IMG/VR virus record: IMGVR_UViG_3300003320_000620
Coordinates: 24,095-88,094 of that record
Length of the DNA stretch: 64,000 nucleotides
Strand: one strand, 5' to 3'
Origin: a virus
Taxonomy: Duplodnaviria > Caudoviricetes
Positions 7,830-16,156 of the stretch are shown here, piece after piece (within the stretch, counting starts at the first letter, position 1; every line of letters starts with the position of its first letter). Under the pieces are notes generated by a model. That model saw nothing but the letters and a program-made list of their open reading frames with translations. It ran no database searches and was not told the DNA's origin. The position numbers were made by a program, and so were the translations under genes.

Positions 7830-9248
7830 ATGGCTAGCTATTACGTCCGATCAGGTGCTGCCGGTGCTGGCACGGGGGCTGATTGGGCCAATGCCTATAC
7901 GACGCTGACGGCGGCCGTATCGGGCAAGGCGGCTGGCGATATTTTCTACGTGTCGGAGGATCACAATGAATCGACTGCTGGTGTGGTGACAATTACGTCG
8001 CCGGGGTCACTTACTAGTTTCTGCTTTTTCTATTGTGTCGATCATAACGGAACTGTCCCGCCAGTATCTGCAGATTTAAGAACAACTGCTCAAGTATCAA
8101 CAACGGGCAACAACATCCTTTCGGTTAACGGAATCGGGTATTTTTACGGGATAATCTTTTCGTCCGGTAGCGGGGCTAACTCAGTAAATTTCGTAGTCAA
8201 CAATACGAATACATCTCAACAAATATATGATTCTTGCGCTTTGCGTCTTGGTGGAACTTCTGGCGGCCAATTGCAGTTGGGGCGAACCAATGCTCAGGTT
8301 ACATTGAATAATACAACGTATCAGGTATCTGCATCAGGGTCTACGATAGCAGTCGCTGGACCAACCGTATGGAGAAATACACCGTCTGCCATTACCGGAG
8401 CGACGTTACCAACGAATCTAATTTCAGGCGGGAATACGGACCTGAACCTCATTATGATTGGTGTTGATTTGAGCGCTTTGGGTTCCGGCAAAACGATCTA
8501 CGGTGCTGGATCAGTTAGCGGGTTCGCTAGACTTATCGATTGCAAATTAGGTGCCTCCGTGACAGTGGCGGGCACAATCTCAGGTCCTGGGCGATATGCA
8601 GATCTCGTAAGGTGTGACAGCGGGGCAACGAATTACCGAGATGAGAGGTATTGGCTCCAAGCAATTCAGACAGTTGAGACAACGATTGTTAGAACTGGCG
8701 GGGCCACTGACGGAACAACACCAATTAGCTGGAAAATCGTAACAACTACCAGTGCTAAATGGGTTGGTCCATTCGAATCCCAGCCCATCACCATCTGGAA
8801 CGACTCCACATCAGCCATCACCACGCTGACGTTCTACGGCACCACGACAGGCGGAGGTGTGCCGAACAACGATGACATCTGGGTAGAGGTGGAATACCTC
8901 GGATCGGCGTCAACGCCGCTGGGCTCATTTGTAACTACGACCAAGAGCAATAACCTAGCTCCATCTACTACGACAAATAATTCCTCTGACGGCTCTACGT
9001 GGGGTGGCGGCGGTGCTGGGAATGGGTTCAAGATTGTGGTGCCTTCGTTCACACCTAGAATGAAAGGGCCGCTCAACATTACAATCAAAGTAGCGAAGGT
9101 GAGCAGCACTTATTACATTGATCCGCGCCCTGCAATAAACGGCGTTACAGTTTCAAAGTCTGAAATTCTGGCCCCTGGTGTCTATGCCAACGAACTAAGC
9201 AGTGGCGGTCTTGTTCGTAACCCTAGTCTTGCTGGGGCTGCGCAATGA
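7830..9248 (+). CDS. Putative tail fibre/spike or virion appendage protein
   Basis: 472 aa, T/S/G-rich beta-type composition; YYVRSGA.G..TG.DW.NAY N-terminus and YYIDPR C-terminal motif. Confidence 0.55.
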   Translation: MASYYVRSGAAGAGTGADWANAYTTLTAAVSGKAAGDIFYVSEDHNESTAGVVTITSPGSLTSFCFFYCVDHNGTVPPVSADLRTTAQVSTTGNNILSVNGIGYFYGIIFSSGSGANSVNFVVNNTNTSQQIYDSCALRLGGTSGGQLQLGRTNAQVTLNNTTYQVSASGSTIAVAGPTVWRNTPSAITGATLPTNLISGGNTDLNLIMIGVDLSALGSGKTIYGAGSVSGFARLIDCKLGASVTVAGTISGPGRYADLVRCDSGATNYRDERYWLQAIQTVETTIVRTGGATDGTTPISWKIVTTTSAKWVGPFESQPITIWNDSTSAITTLTFYGTTTGGGVPNNDDIWVEVEYLGSASTPLGSFVTTTKSNNLAPSTTTNNSSDGSTWGGGGAGNGFKIVVPSFTPRMKGPLNITIKVAKVSSTYYIDPRPAINGVTVSKSEILAPGVYANELSSGGLVRNPSLAGAAQ

Positions 9249-9937
9249 AACTTAATGTTCCTCTTGGGGCTACATCTTATATAACTCAAATTTTTATTCA
9301 GGATTCTTCAAGCACGACTGGGGCTGGCCTAACTGGACTTGTGTTTAATTCTTCAGGTTTGACTGCCTATTATCACCGAGATACCGATACAACAGCTACT
9401 GCGATTACTCTTGTCACAATGACAGTTGGCACGTTTACGTCATCAGGATTTAAAGAGATCGATTCTACGAATATGCCAGGATGGTATCAATTCTGTCCGC
9501 CAAATGCGGCACTAGCTTCTGGGGCTAAGTCCTGTGCCTTCCATCTAAAAGGCGCAACCAACATGGCGCCATTACCGATTGAGGTGCAATTGGTAGCTTA
9601 TAACCCTGACGATGCAACATCCCTTGGTTTATCTCGTCTTGATACTGCTGTTTCTACACGCGCTGCCCCCGGCGATGCAATGGCCTTAACATCTTCTGAA
9701 AGGAATTCTACTGCAGATGCTTTTCTAAATCGAGATATGTCAGTAGGGGCCGATTCTGGTTCTTCAACCGTTCGAACGGTACGACAAGCTCTTCGTTTCC
9801 TTCGAAATAAGTGGACTATTGTTACATCTACATTAACTGTTTACAAAGAGGACGATAGCACAACGTCTTGGACTGCAACTGTTGGCACTGATCCATCTGC
9901 TGTACCAATAATCTCTAACGATCCAGCAGGTCCTTAA
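9245..9937 (+). CDS. Putative virion structural protein
   Basis: 230 aa T/S-rich, coupled to upstream gene. Confidence 0.55.
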   Translation: MKLNVPLGATSYITQIFIQDSSSTTGAGLTGLVFNSSGLTAYYHRDTDTTATAITLVTMTVGTFTSSGFKEIDSTNMPGWYQFCPPNAALASGAKSCAFHLKGATNMAPLPIEVQLVAYNPDDATSLGLSRLDTAVSTRAAPGDAMALTSSERNSTADAFLNRDMSVGADSGSSTVRTVRQALRFLRNKWTIVTSTLTVYKEDDSTTSWTATVGTDPSAVPIISNDPAGP

Positions 9938-9938
9938 A

Positions 9939-11192
9939 ATGTCTTTTATAGATCGCTGCATATTCACTCCGACAGCCGGGGGCCTGGGCGACTTTGTCGT
10001 TTCAGCTGCCGTGCAGGGCTATATGACGCCAGCACAGGCGAGTGCGGTGGATGGAAAGACCTATGGTTATGCCGCGCAATCGAGCGATCTAAGCCAGTGG
10101 GAGGTTGGCGTTGCTACTTATACCGCGTCCACTACAACGCTTGCACGAACGACCATTCTGTTTTCCAGTGCTGGCGGCGCCAAGGTTGATTTCAGCGCTG
10201 CACCACAAGTGCTCTTATCGGCGCTTGCTGAGCAGCTCATTCCCGCTGATATTTCATCTCCGAGCGACGGCCAAGTCCTGTGCTTTCGAGGCGCGGATTC
10301 TACTTGGACTAACGACGCCCGTATGATCGGCAAGAATGCTGCTGGAGGCTCCGGCAATCCAGGGCAGGACGTGACGGTCAGAAGCGGGAATGGTGATGGG
10401 GTCGGAGCTGGAGGACAAGTATCGCTGATCTCCGGTGATTGTTTCTATTCGGGCTACTATGGGGGCAAGCTGCTCATCAAAACCGGAGATGGGCATAATG
10501 GAGCTTATGCGGGCCGCATGTATATTCAAGGCGGTGCGCCTTACGGCTATGTGAACATCCGATCGGGCGACGGCAGCGCGGATTATGAAACCGCTGCGGA
10601 TTTGCGAATTTACTCCGGCAATGGTTACGGTGCCGAGGGTGCTGGCGGCTATGTGGTTCTTGCTGGCGGATATGGAAAAGGAACCTCCGCAGGAGGAACC
10701 GTTCGAGTTAAAGGCGGCAATGGCTCCTATGGACTTGGATCTTACACACAGATGGGCCCTGGGTTTTATAAAACGGGCGGAAGTTTGACGATGCGTGGTG
10801 GGGCGAGCGGGAATCCGGGCTCTGGTGGATCATTTAATTTATATGGCGGGAATGGTGCTGGTGGAGGGTATTTTGCAGGGGGCTTCGTGTTGAAGGGCGG
10901 AAGCGGCAACAATGGTGCTATTGGGGGCGACGTCTACATAAGGGGCGGAAGTGCCAGTTATGCAAATGGGGGCCACTCTAAACTGTCAACAGGGCCGAGC
11001 GCCGGATCGGGTCAAGCGGGGCACCTCTATCTTGATGTAGGCTCGGCTACTGGCGGTTCATCGCCCGCGAGCATCTACATCAACAAAGATGGAAATACAT
11101 CCAACATCATCGTTAAGAACCTGCCGATATCAAGCGCCGGACTCCCCTCTAATGCCTTGTGGAACAATTCAGGCGTCATCAATATAACGTGA
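9939..11192 (+). CDS. Tail fibre-like protein with glycine-rich repeats
   Basis: N-terminal QWEVGVATY..STTTLART fibre-base motif; repeated GG-x-V-x-(I/L)-x-(G/S)G units of ~16-18 aa. Confidence 0.65.
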   Translation: MSFIDRCIFTPTAGGLGDFVVSAAVQGYMTPAQASAVDGKTYGYAAQSSDLSQWEVGVATYTASTTTLARTTILFSSAGGAKVDFSAAPQVLLSALAEQLIPADISSPSDGQVLCFRGADSTWTNDARMIGKNAAGGSGNPGQDVTVRSGNGDGVGAGGQVSLISGDCFYSGYYGGKLLIKTGDGHNGAYAGRMYIQGGAPYGYVNIRSGDGSADYETAADLRIYSGNGYGAEGAGGYVVLAGGYGKGTSAGGTVRVKGGNGSYGLGSYTQMGPGFYKTGGSLTMRGGASGNPGSGGSFNLYGGNGAGGGYFAGGFVLKGGSGNNGAIGGDVYIRGGSASYANGGHSKLSTGPSAGSGQAGHLYLDVGSATGGSSPASIYINKDGNTSNIIVKNLPISSAGLPSNALWNNSGVINIT

Positions 11193-11199
11193 GGATCGC

Positions 11200-11484
11200 A
11201 TGCCAAAGACGGCGACGACGTCGTTTACCGAAATCAAGTTTAGCCGGGAAGAGATTCTGGAATGGATCCAGTCCCACATGTCGATATTGCAACCAACCGA
11301 TGCGGCGATTAATCACGGTTCCGGCCCCGGCTCTCCGGCAAAATTCATCGGGCTGACGTTTGGTGCGACCCGCGATCAGGTCGACGAGTATTTGCGCGAG
11401 GTCGTCCAGGGCCTTCCCCCGATTGGGCGTTACCAGTTCCGGCTTACAGAAGACGGCGGCGCCATGGTCAGGTGGCAGAATTGA
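11200..11484 (+). CDS. Hypothetical protein
   Basis: 94 aa, GAGG RBS. Confidence 0.5.
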   Translation: MPKTATTSFTEIKFSREEILEWIQSHMSILQPTDAAINHGSGPGSPAKFIGLTFGATRDQVDEYLREVVQGLPPIGRYQFRLTEDGGAMVRWQN

Positions 11485-12308
11485 TGCACTTCATTTCCGG
11501 GCTGCCGCGGTCCGGCTCCACGCTGCTTGCAGCCATTCTGCGGCAGAATCCGCGGTTTCATGCGGGCATGTCATCGCCGCTCTCTGGCGTCGTGATGAAA
11601 GTGCAGCAAGCCCTCTCGCGCGGGAATGAGGGGGCGGAGTTCATCAGTTCCGATCAGAAGCAGCGCATTCTCTCGGGTGTGTTTCGCAATTTCTACGAGG
11701 GCTTCACTGAGGAAGTCATCTTCGACACCAGCCGCGCATGGTGCTCCAAGCTGCCGTTAATCGCTTCCTTGTTACCGGACGCCAAGGTGATCTGCTGTGT
11801 GCGCGACGTATCGTGGATCATGGATTCGATCGAGCGGATATTGACCAAGAATCCGCTCGAGCTGTCGGGCATCTTCGGGTTCAATCCGGGGGGCACTGTT
11901 TTCTCTCGGGCTGACGGGCTGGCATCGGCGAACGGCATGGTCGGGTTTGCGCTCAATGCCGTGAAAGAGGCATTCTTCGGAAAACATGCTTCGCGTTTGA
12001 TGCTCGTTGAATATGAGGCGCTGGCGCGCGATCCGGCCGCGGTCGTCAGGCACATCTACGAGCATATCGGCGAGCCCGCATTCGACCACGATTTCACGAA
12101 CGTGAGCTATGAGGCAGACGACTTTGACGCGCTGCTCGGTACGCCAGGGCTGCACAAGGTCGAAGGGCCGGTTGTGTGGCGTGAGCGAGAGACCATTCTG
12201 CCTCCGGCGTTGTTCAATCGCTTCAGCAATGATGCCTTCTGGCGTGACCAGACGCTGAACGTGCGCAAGGTGCCTGTGGTTATGCACGTTCGGAAGGGCG
12301 CGGTTTAG
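11472..12308 (+). CDS. Sulfotransferase-family protein
   Basis: PAPS-binding motif ISGLPRSGSTLL, plus ICCVRD..W..DS.E and LVEYE.L. Confidence 0.85.
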   Translation: MAELMHFISGLPRSGSTLLAAILRQNPRFHAGMSSPLSGVVMKVQQALSRGNEGAEFISSDQKQRILSGVFRNFYEGFTEEVIFDTSRAWCSKLPLIASLLPDAKVICCVRDVSWIMDSIERILTKNPLELSGIFGFNPGGTVFSRADGLASANGMVGFALNAVKEAFFGKHASRLMLVEYEALARDPAAVVRHIYEHIGEPAFDHDFTNVSYEADDFDALLGTPGLHKVEGPVVWRERETILPPALFNRFSNDAFWRDQTLNVRKVPVVMHVRKGAV

Positions 12309-12503
12309 ATGCTTGGAAATTTTGCATTAATGCAAACACCATTGATGGGTTTCTCACCGAGCGGTGTTGTTCAGGGTGATTGCCGATCGATGTTTGCATT
12401 CTGGATGGGTGGTGCCTGCGCTCAGTCACCTGATGCCCTAAGTCGAATTCATTTTGTTGGATTTCATGGGATGGGTGGTGGTGGGTTAATGCATGGAGCT
12501 TAA
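12309..12503 (+). CDS. Hypothetical protein
   Basis: 64-aa ORF filling operon gap. Confidence 0.4.
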   Translation: MLGNFALMQTPLMGFSPSGVVQGDCRSMFAFWMGGACAQSPDALSRIHFVGFHGMGGGGLMHGA

Positions 12504-12506
12504 GAA

Positions 12507-12668
12507 ATGCCATCAAAAAGTGTAAAGCAAGCGAAAACGATGTCTGCTATTGCTCATGGTTGGAAACCTAAGGGCAACGCTGCTGACATTCCAGTCAAAG
12601 TGGCTAAGGAATTTCACAACGCCGACGCAGGCAAGAAATACGGTCATAAAAGAGGAAAGGGTAAGTAA
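12507..12668 (+). CDS. Small basic protein (53 aa, below ORF-track cutoff)
   Basis: MPSKSVKQAKTMSAIAHGWKPKGNAADIPVKVAKEFHNADAGKKYGHKRGKGK; GGAG RBS. Confidence 0.7.
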   Translation: MPSKSVKQAKTMSAIAHGWKPKGNAADIPVKVAKEFHNADAGKKYGHKRGKGK

Positions 12669-12965
12669 ATGGGCTACGGTAAGGAAAGTGTGAAAGCTTA
12701 CGTTGGTACCGAAAAGCGTGGCTCATCCCTAATTGGTGAGTGCGGCGAAGGCCACGACAAGCAGCCGCAAGGCCACCCGATTGGCACTGGCCAAAAAGGG
12801 CCTAATCTTCGTGGTTTGCCCCGCAGTGGTGACAGCCAGATCTTTGGCAAAGTGTCGCTGAAGACCCCCGACATCTTCCGCTCAGCAGGACATCACAAGG
12901 ATGGTAAACTGCGCATGTCTGGTCATTCTGGTGCTCACCGGGTTGGCGGTAAGAAGAAGTACTAA
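12669..12965 (+). CDS. Small basic Gly/His/Lys-rich protein
   Basis: Ends GKLRMSGHSGAHRVGGKKKY. Confidence 0.65.
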   Translation: MGYGKESVKAYVGTEKRGSSLIGECGEGHDKQPQGHPIGTGQKGPNLRGLPRSGDSQIFGKVSLKTPDIFRSAGHHKDGKLRMSGHSGAHRVGGKKKY

Positions 12966-13228
12966 TGGCCAAGAAAAAAGCCCTTTACAGCCAAACGCCA
13001 GCTGTGCCTGCAAAGAAAATAGCAGGCACAAATCCTGTTGGCTTAGTCCTGATTGGGCTTCATGGCCCCGGTATGGTTCCTGAGAAGGGCGGCATGACTA
13101 GGGGGCTGGTACCAAAGAACAAGTTCCACCAGCCTAAGCCACATGGTTTCAACCATAGTATAAGACAACGCAGTGGCCATCTACGATTGTCCGGTCATGA
13201 AGGGGCGCATAGGGTTGGCAAGAAATGA
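12965..13228 (+). CDS. Small basic Gly/His/Lys-rich protein
   Basis: Ends GHLRLSGHEGAHRVGKK, the same motif as the previous gene. Confidence 0.65.
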   Translation: MAKKKALYSQTPAVPAKKIAGTNPVGLVLIGLHGPGMVPEKGGMTRGLVPKNKFHQPKPHGFNHSIRQRSGHLRLSGHEGAHRVGKK

Positions 13229-13857
13229 AACTAAAGCTACCTCAAGCTTTTAGGTCCAAGCTTGCTGTAAACCCTAGGATGTATGTGAAGGGGAAGCACA
13301 AAGGCGGCTCCAATTTTGTACCAGGGAACCAACTTTCCACAATTGAAAACCTTTCAGCAGAGGCACATGCAGCCAAAATGTCCGCGATGTATCAAGGATG
13401 GAAAACTAGAGTGCAAAAATCCAAAGGCATAAAGGTACTCTCTGTGGAACAGAAGAAAAAGCGCGAGATGCGCAAACGTGTTAAGCTGCAGGAGACTGTT
13501 GCCCGCGAGGCACGTGAAATTCAGGATATGGCTAGGATGGCAGCTGAAGAGGCAATGCTCTGCCTTCAGGCCATTATGCTGAGCCCTGATACGCGGCCTA
13601 GTGACAAGATATCAGCCATCAACACGATCCTTGATCGGGCCTACGGCAAGGCTACTCAGACTAACGTCAACGCAAACGTAGACGCTAATGGCAAAGAAGC
13701 AGACATCAGCGCAGCTGAACTCCAGAGAAGAGTTGAGAAGGCTCTCAATAGAATTGAGACAATTGCAGGGGGAGATGGAGAAGCGCGAGCGAGCCAAGAC
13801 AGACCTCCTGACGTACGCGAGTACGATAGAGATCCCAACAGCTCCACAAAGCACTGA
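13225..13857 (+). CDS. terS: Terminase small subunit (putative)
   Basis: Directly upstream of and overlapping TerL; ILDRAYGKA.Q motif. Confidence 0.6.
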   Translation: MKLKLPQAFRSKLAVNPRMYVKGKHKGGSNFVPGNQLSTIENLSAEAHAAKMSAMYQGWKTRVQKSKGIKVLSVEQKKKREMRKRVKLQETVAREAREIQDMARMAAEEAMLCLQAIMLSPDTRPSDKISAINTILDRAYGKATQTNVNANVDANGKEADISAAELQRRVEKALNRIETIAGGDGEARASQDRPPDVREYDRDPNSSTKH

Positions 13858-15337
13858 TTCTGACGAGGAACGCGAAGAGTTTATTCCTCTAACCACGAAT
13901 TTTGGGGCACACCACTTGCTATGGCTCAATTGCTTGCAGCAGGTGGAAGACGGTAAGATAAAACGTCTTATGGGCTTCATGCCGCCAGGATCGGCCAAAT
14001 CAACCTATACGTCAGTTGTATTTCCAACACACTTTTTAGGCAGGTTCCGTAGAAGCCAAATAATTTTGGCTTGTTACGACAGTGACCTGCCTAGGAAGCT
14101 AGGCCGTCGAGCTAGGTCCATAATCACTCAACCAAAGTTTAAGCGTATCTTTGATTGCACAATTTCGCCAGAATCCGCAGCAGCAGACGAATGGGCATTG
14201 ACAAATGGTAGTGAGTGGATGGCAAAAGGCATCACTACCGGCATTTCAGGTAACCGCGCAGACGGCATAATTTGGGACGATCCAATAAAGAACCGTGAAG
14301 CTGCTGACTCCGAAGTCATCAGGGAAAAAACCTGGAGTGAGTATCAAGATGCTCTCCTTACCCGTAAAAAGCCACAGGCTTTTGAGGTGGGAATAACTAC
14401 AAGATGGCACGAAGATGACCTTGCAGGCCGAATTTTGCCCCTCAACTATGCTGGTGAATCTGGCTGGATAAAATGCCGTGACGGCAATGATTGGTACGTT
14501 GTCTGTTTGCCTGCAGAATGTGAACGTGAAGATGACATTTTAGGCCGAGAAATCGGCGAAATTCTTTGGCCAGAATGGTTTAGCAAAGATTTTTTTGCTA
14601 CTTTCAAGCGTCAAACTAGGACGTGGAACGCACTGTATCAGCAGCGCCCAGCACCAGAAACAGGCGATTTCTTTCAGGCTGACTGGCTTAAGCCCTATCA
14701 AAAGATGCCAGACAGGCGTACCCTTAACATTTATGGCGCTAGCGACTACGCGGTGACCCAAGATGAGGGTAACTATACCGTCCACATTGTTGTGGGCGTT
14801 GATCCTGCTCACCGTGTCTACCTCCTTGATCTTTGGCGCAGTCAAGCTAGCCCAGATAAGTGGATTGAAGCCTTTTGCGACATGGTGGCCTTCTGGCGGC
14901 CAATCGGCTGGGCTGAAGAAACAGGGCAAATCAAAGCCAGTATTGGGCCATTCCTTGAGAAACGGCTACGCGAACGTCAGCTTTACATCGCAAGGGCTAA
15001 ATTCCCAACAAAGGGCGACAAGGCAGTCAGGGCACAGTCTATAAGGGGTAGGATGGCTCAGGACGGCCTATACGTTCCAATTCACGCCCCATGGTTTCCT
15101 GACTTTAAACGTGAATTGATGACCTTTCCAGCAGCCCGCAACGACGACCAGGTTGACTGTTTGGGTTTGATAGGTCAAATTCTTGACAAGATGATCTCAG
15201 GAAGAGCCATAGACCCTGAATCTTTACGGCCGAAAGTATTTTCTACTAACCCAGAGGAGTGTACAGTTACCCTTTTGGACATGTTTGAGGCGAACGAACA
15301 GCGGGTTAACGTGCGTAGCAACTTAAGGATACATTAA
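13688..15337 (+). CDS. terL: Terminase large subunit
   Basis: Walker A MPPGSAKST, Walker B IIWDDP, TRWHEDDLAG, ALYQQRP, nuclease ASDYA and DDQVD motifs. Confidence 0.95.
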   Translation: MAKKQTSAQLNSREELRRLSIELRQLQGEMEKRERAKTDLLTYASTIEIPTAPQSTDSDEEREEFIPLTTNFGAHHLLWLNCLQQVEDGKIKRLMGFMPPGSAKSTYTSVVFPTHFLGRFRRSQIILACYDSDLPRKLGRRARSIITQPKFKRIFDCTISPESAAADEWALTNGSEWMAKGITTGISGNRADGIIWDDPIKNREAADSEVIREKTWSEYQDALLTRKKPQAFEVGITTRWHEDDLAGRILPLNYAGESGWIKCRDGNDWYVVCLPAECEREDDILGREIGEILWPEWFSKDFFATFKRQTRTWNALYQQRPAPETGDFFQADWLKPYQKMPDRRTLNIYGASDYAVTQDEGNYTVHIVVGVDPAHRVYLLDLWRSQASPDKWIEAFCDMVAFWRPIGWAEETGQIKASIGPFLEKRLRERQLYIARAKFPTKGDKAVRAQSIRGRMAQDGLYVPIHAPWFPDFKRELMTFPAARNDDQVDCLGLIGQILDKMISGRAIDPESLRPKVFSTNPEECTVTLLDMFEANEQRVNVRSNLRIH

Positions 15338-16156
15338 ATGCGTGTGTTAGTTACTGGCGGAACTGGAACTATTGGATCAGCCATTGTTAAGCATTTAATT
15401 TCAAAACAACACGAAGTAGTTATTCTAAGCCGTGATGAATATAAGCAGCATAGGCTTAGGCAAGAAATAGGTGATAGTACCAAATTTATACTGGGCGATA
15501 TCAGATCTTACGACACTCTATTAGACGCAATGGCTGGAGTAGATAAGTGCTTTCACGTAGCAGCCATGAAGCATGTTTCCCTTTGTGAAGAAAATCCCTA
15601 TGAAGCGGTCCAAACCAACGTGATTGGAACTAAAAACGTAATAAGGACAGCAAAAGAACGATTGGTGTCAAAGGTGTTGGCAATATCTACAGATAAGGCA
15701 GTCAACCCCATTTCAGTCCTTGGTGGAACCAAGTTTATTATGGAGAAATTGCTTAAGGCTGAAAAAAACGAACCACCATTCGTAACCAAATTTGCATCAA
15801 TCCGCTTTGGTAATATTTTTGATTCGCGTGGATCAGTTTTTGATGTTTGGAAACGCCAAGCGGCATTGGGTGAACCGATAACAATAACTGATTCTAGAGC
15901 TACAAGATATTTCATATCAATAGATAAGGCTGTGTTTGCTGCCTATAAAGCGATGCTTGCTTTTCAGGGTGGGGAAACCTTTATTGTTGATTGTGGTGAT
16001 CCAGTTAACATCTCTGGTTTGGCTCATAAGCTTTATCCTGAAGAAGGAAGGACATTTGTTTATTCTGGGTTAAAAGCAGGCGAGCGTCTTCATGAAGAAT
16101 TATTTTCTTCAAACGAAACACCAGAATTTGGCCCCGAAGGGTTGATGGTAGTCTAA
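15338..16156 (+). CDS. NDP-GlcNAc 4,6-dehydratase (PglF/PseB/CapD-like SDR)
   Basis: TGGTGTIG, SRDE.KQ, HVAAMKHV..CE.NP.EA..TN, STDKAVNP, RFGN..SRGSV, GERLHEEL. Confidence 0.9.
   Translation: MRVLVTGGTGTIGSAIVKHLISKQHEVVILSRDEYKQHRLRQEIGDSTKFILGDIRSYDTLLDAMAGVDKCFHVAAMKHVSLCEENPYEAVQTNVIGTKNVIRTAKERLVSKVLAISTDKAVNPISVLGGTKFIMEKLLKAEKNEPPFVTKFASIRFGNIFDSRGSVFDVWKRQAALGEPITITDSRATRYFISIDKAVFAAYKAMLAFQGGETFIVDCGDPVNISGLAHKLYPEEGRTFVYSGLKAGERLHEELFSSNETPEFGPEGLMVV

Noticed and set aside
7827-7832. In-frame TAG-ATG junction as stop read-through
   Set aside because: Abutting stop-start pairs also occur at 12666-12671 and 16154-16159; ordinary translational coupling
13688-15337. Introns or inteins in terL, polA or recA
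   Set aside because: ORFs are continuous, of normal length, and show no group I cores or intein C/HN ends
15338-16156. Pseudaminic acid pathway (PseB-like dehydratase)
   Set aside because: No PseG-type hydrolase is present, while a NeuC/LegG hydrolysing 2-epimerase and LegC-like aminotransferase are; stereochemistry remains unproven
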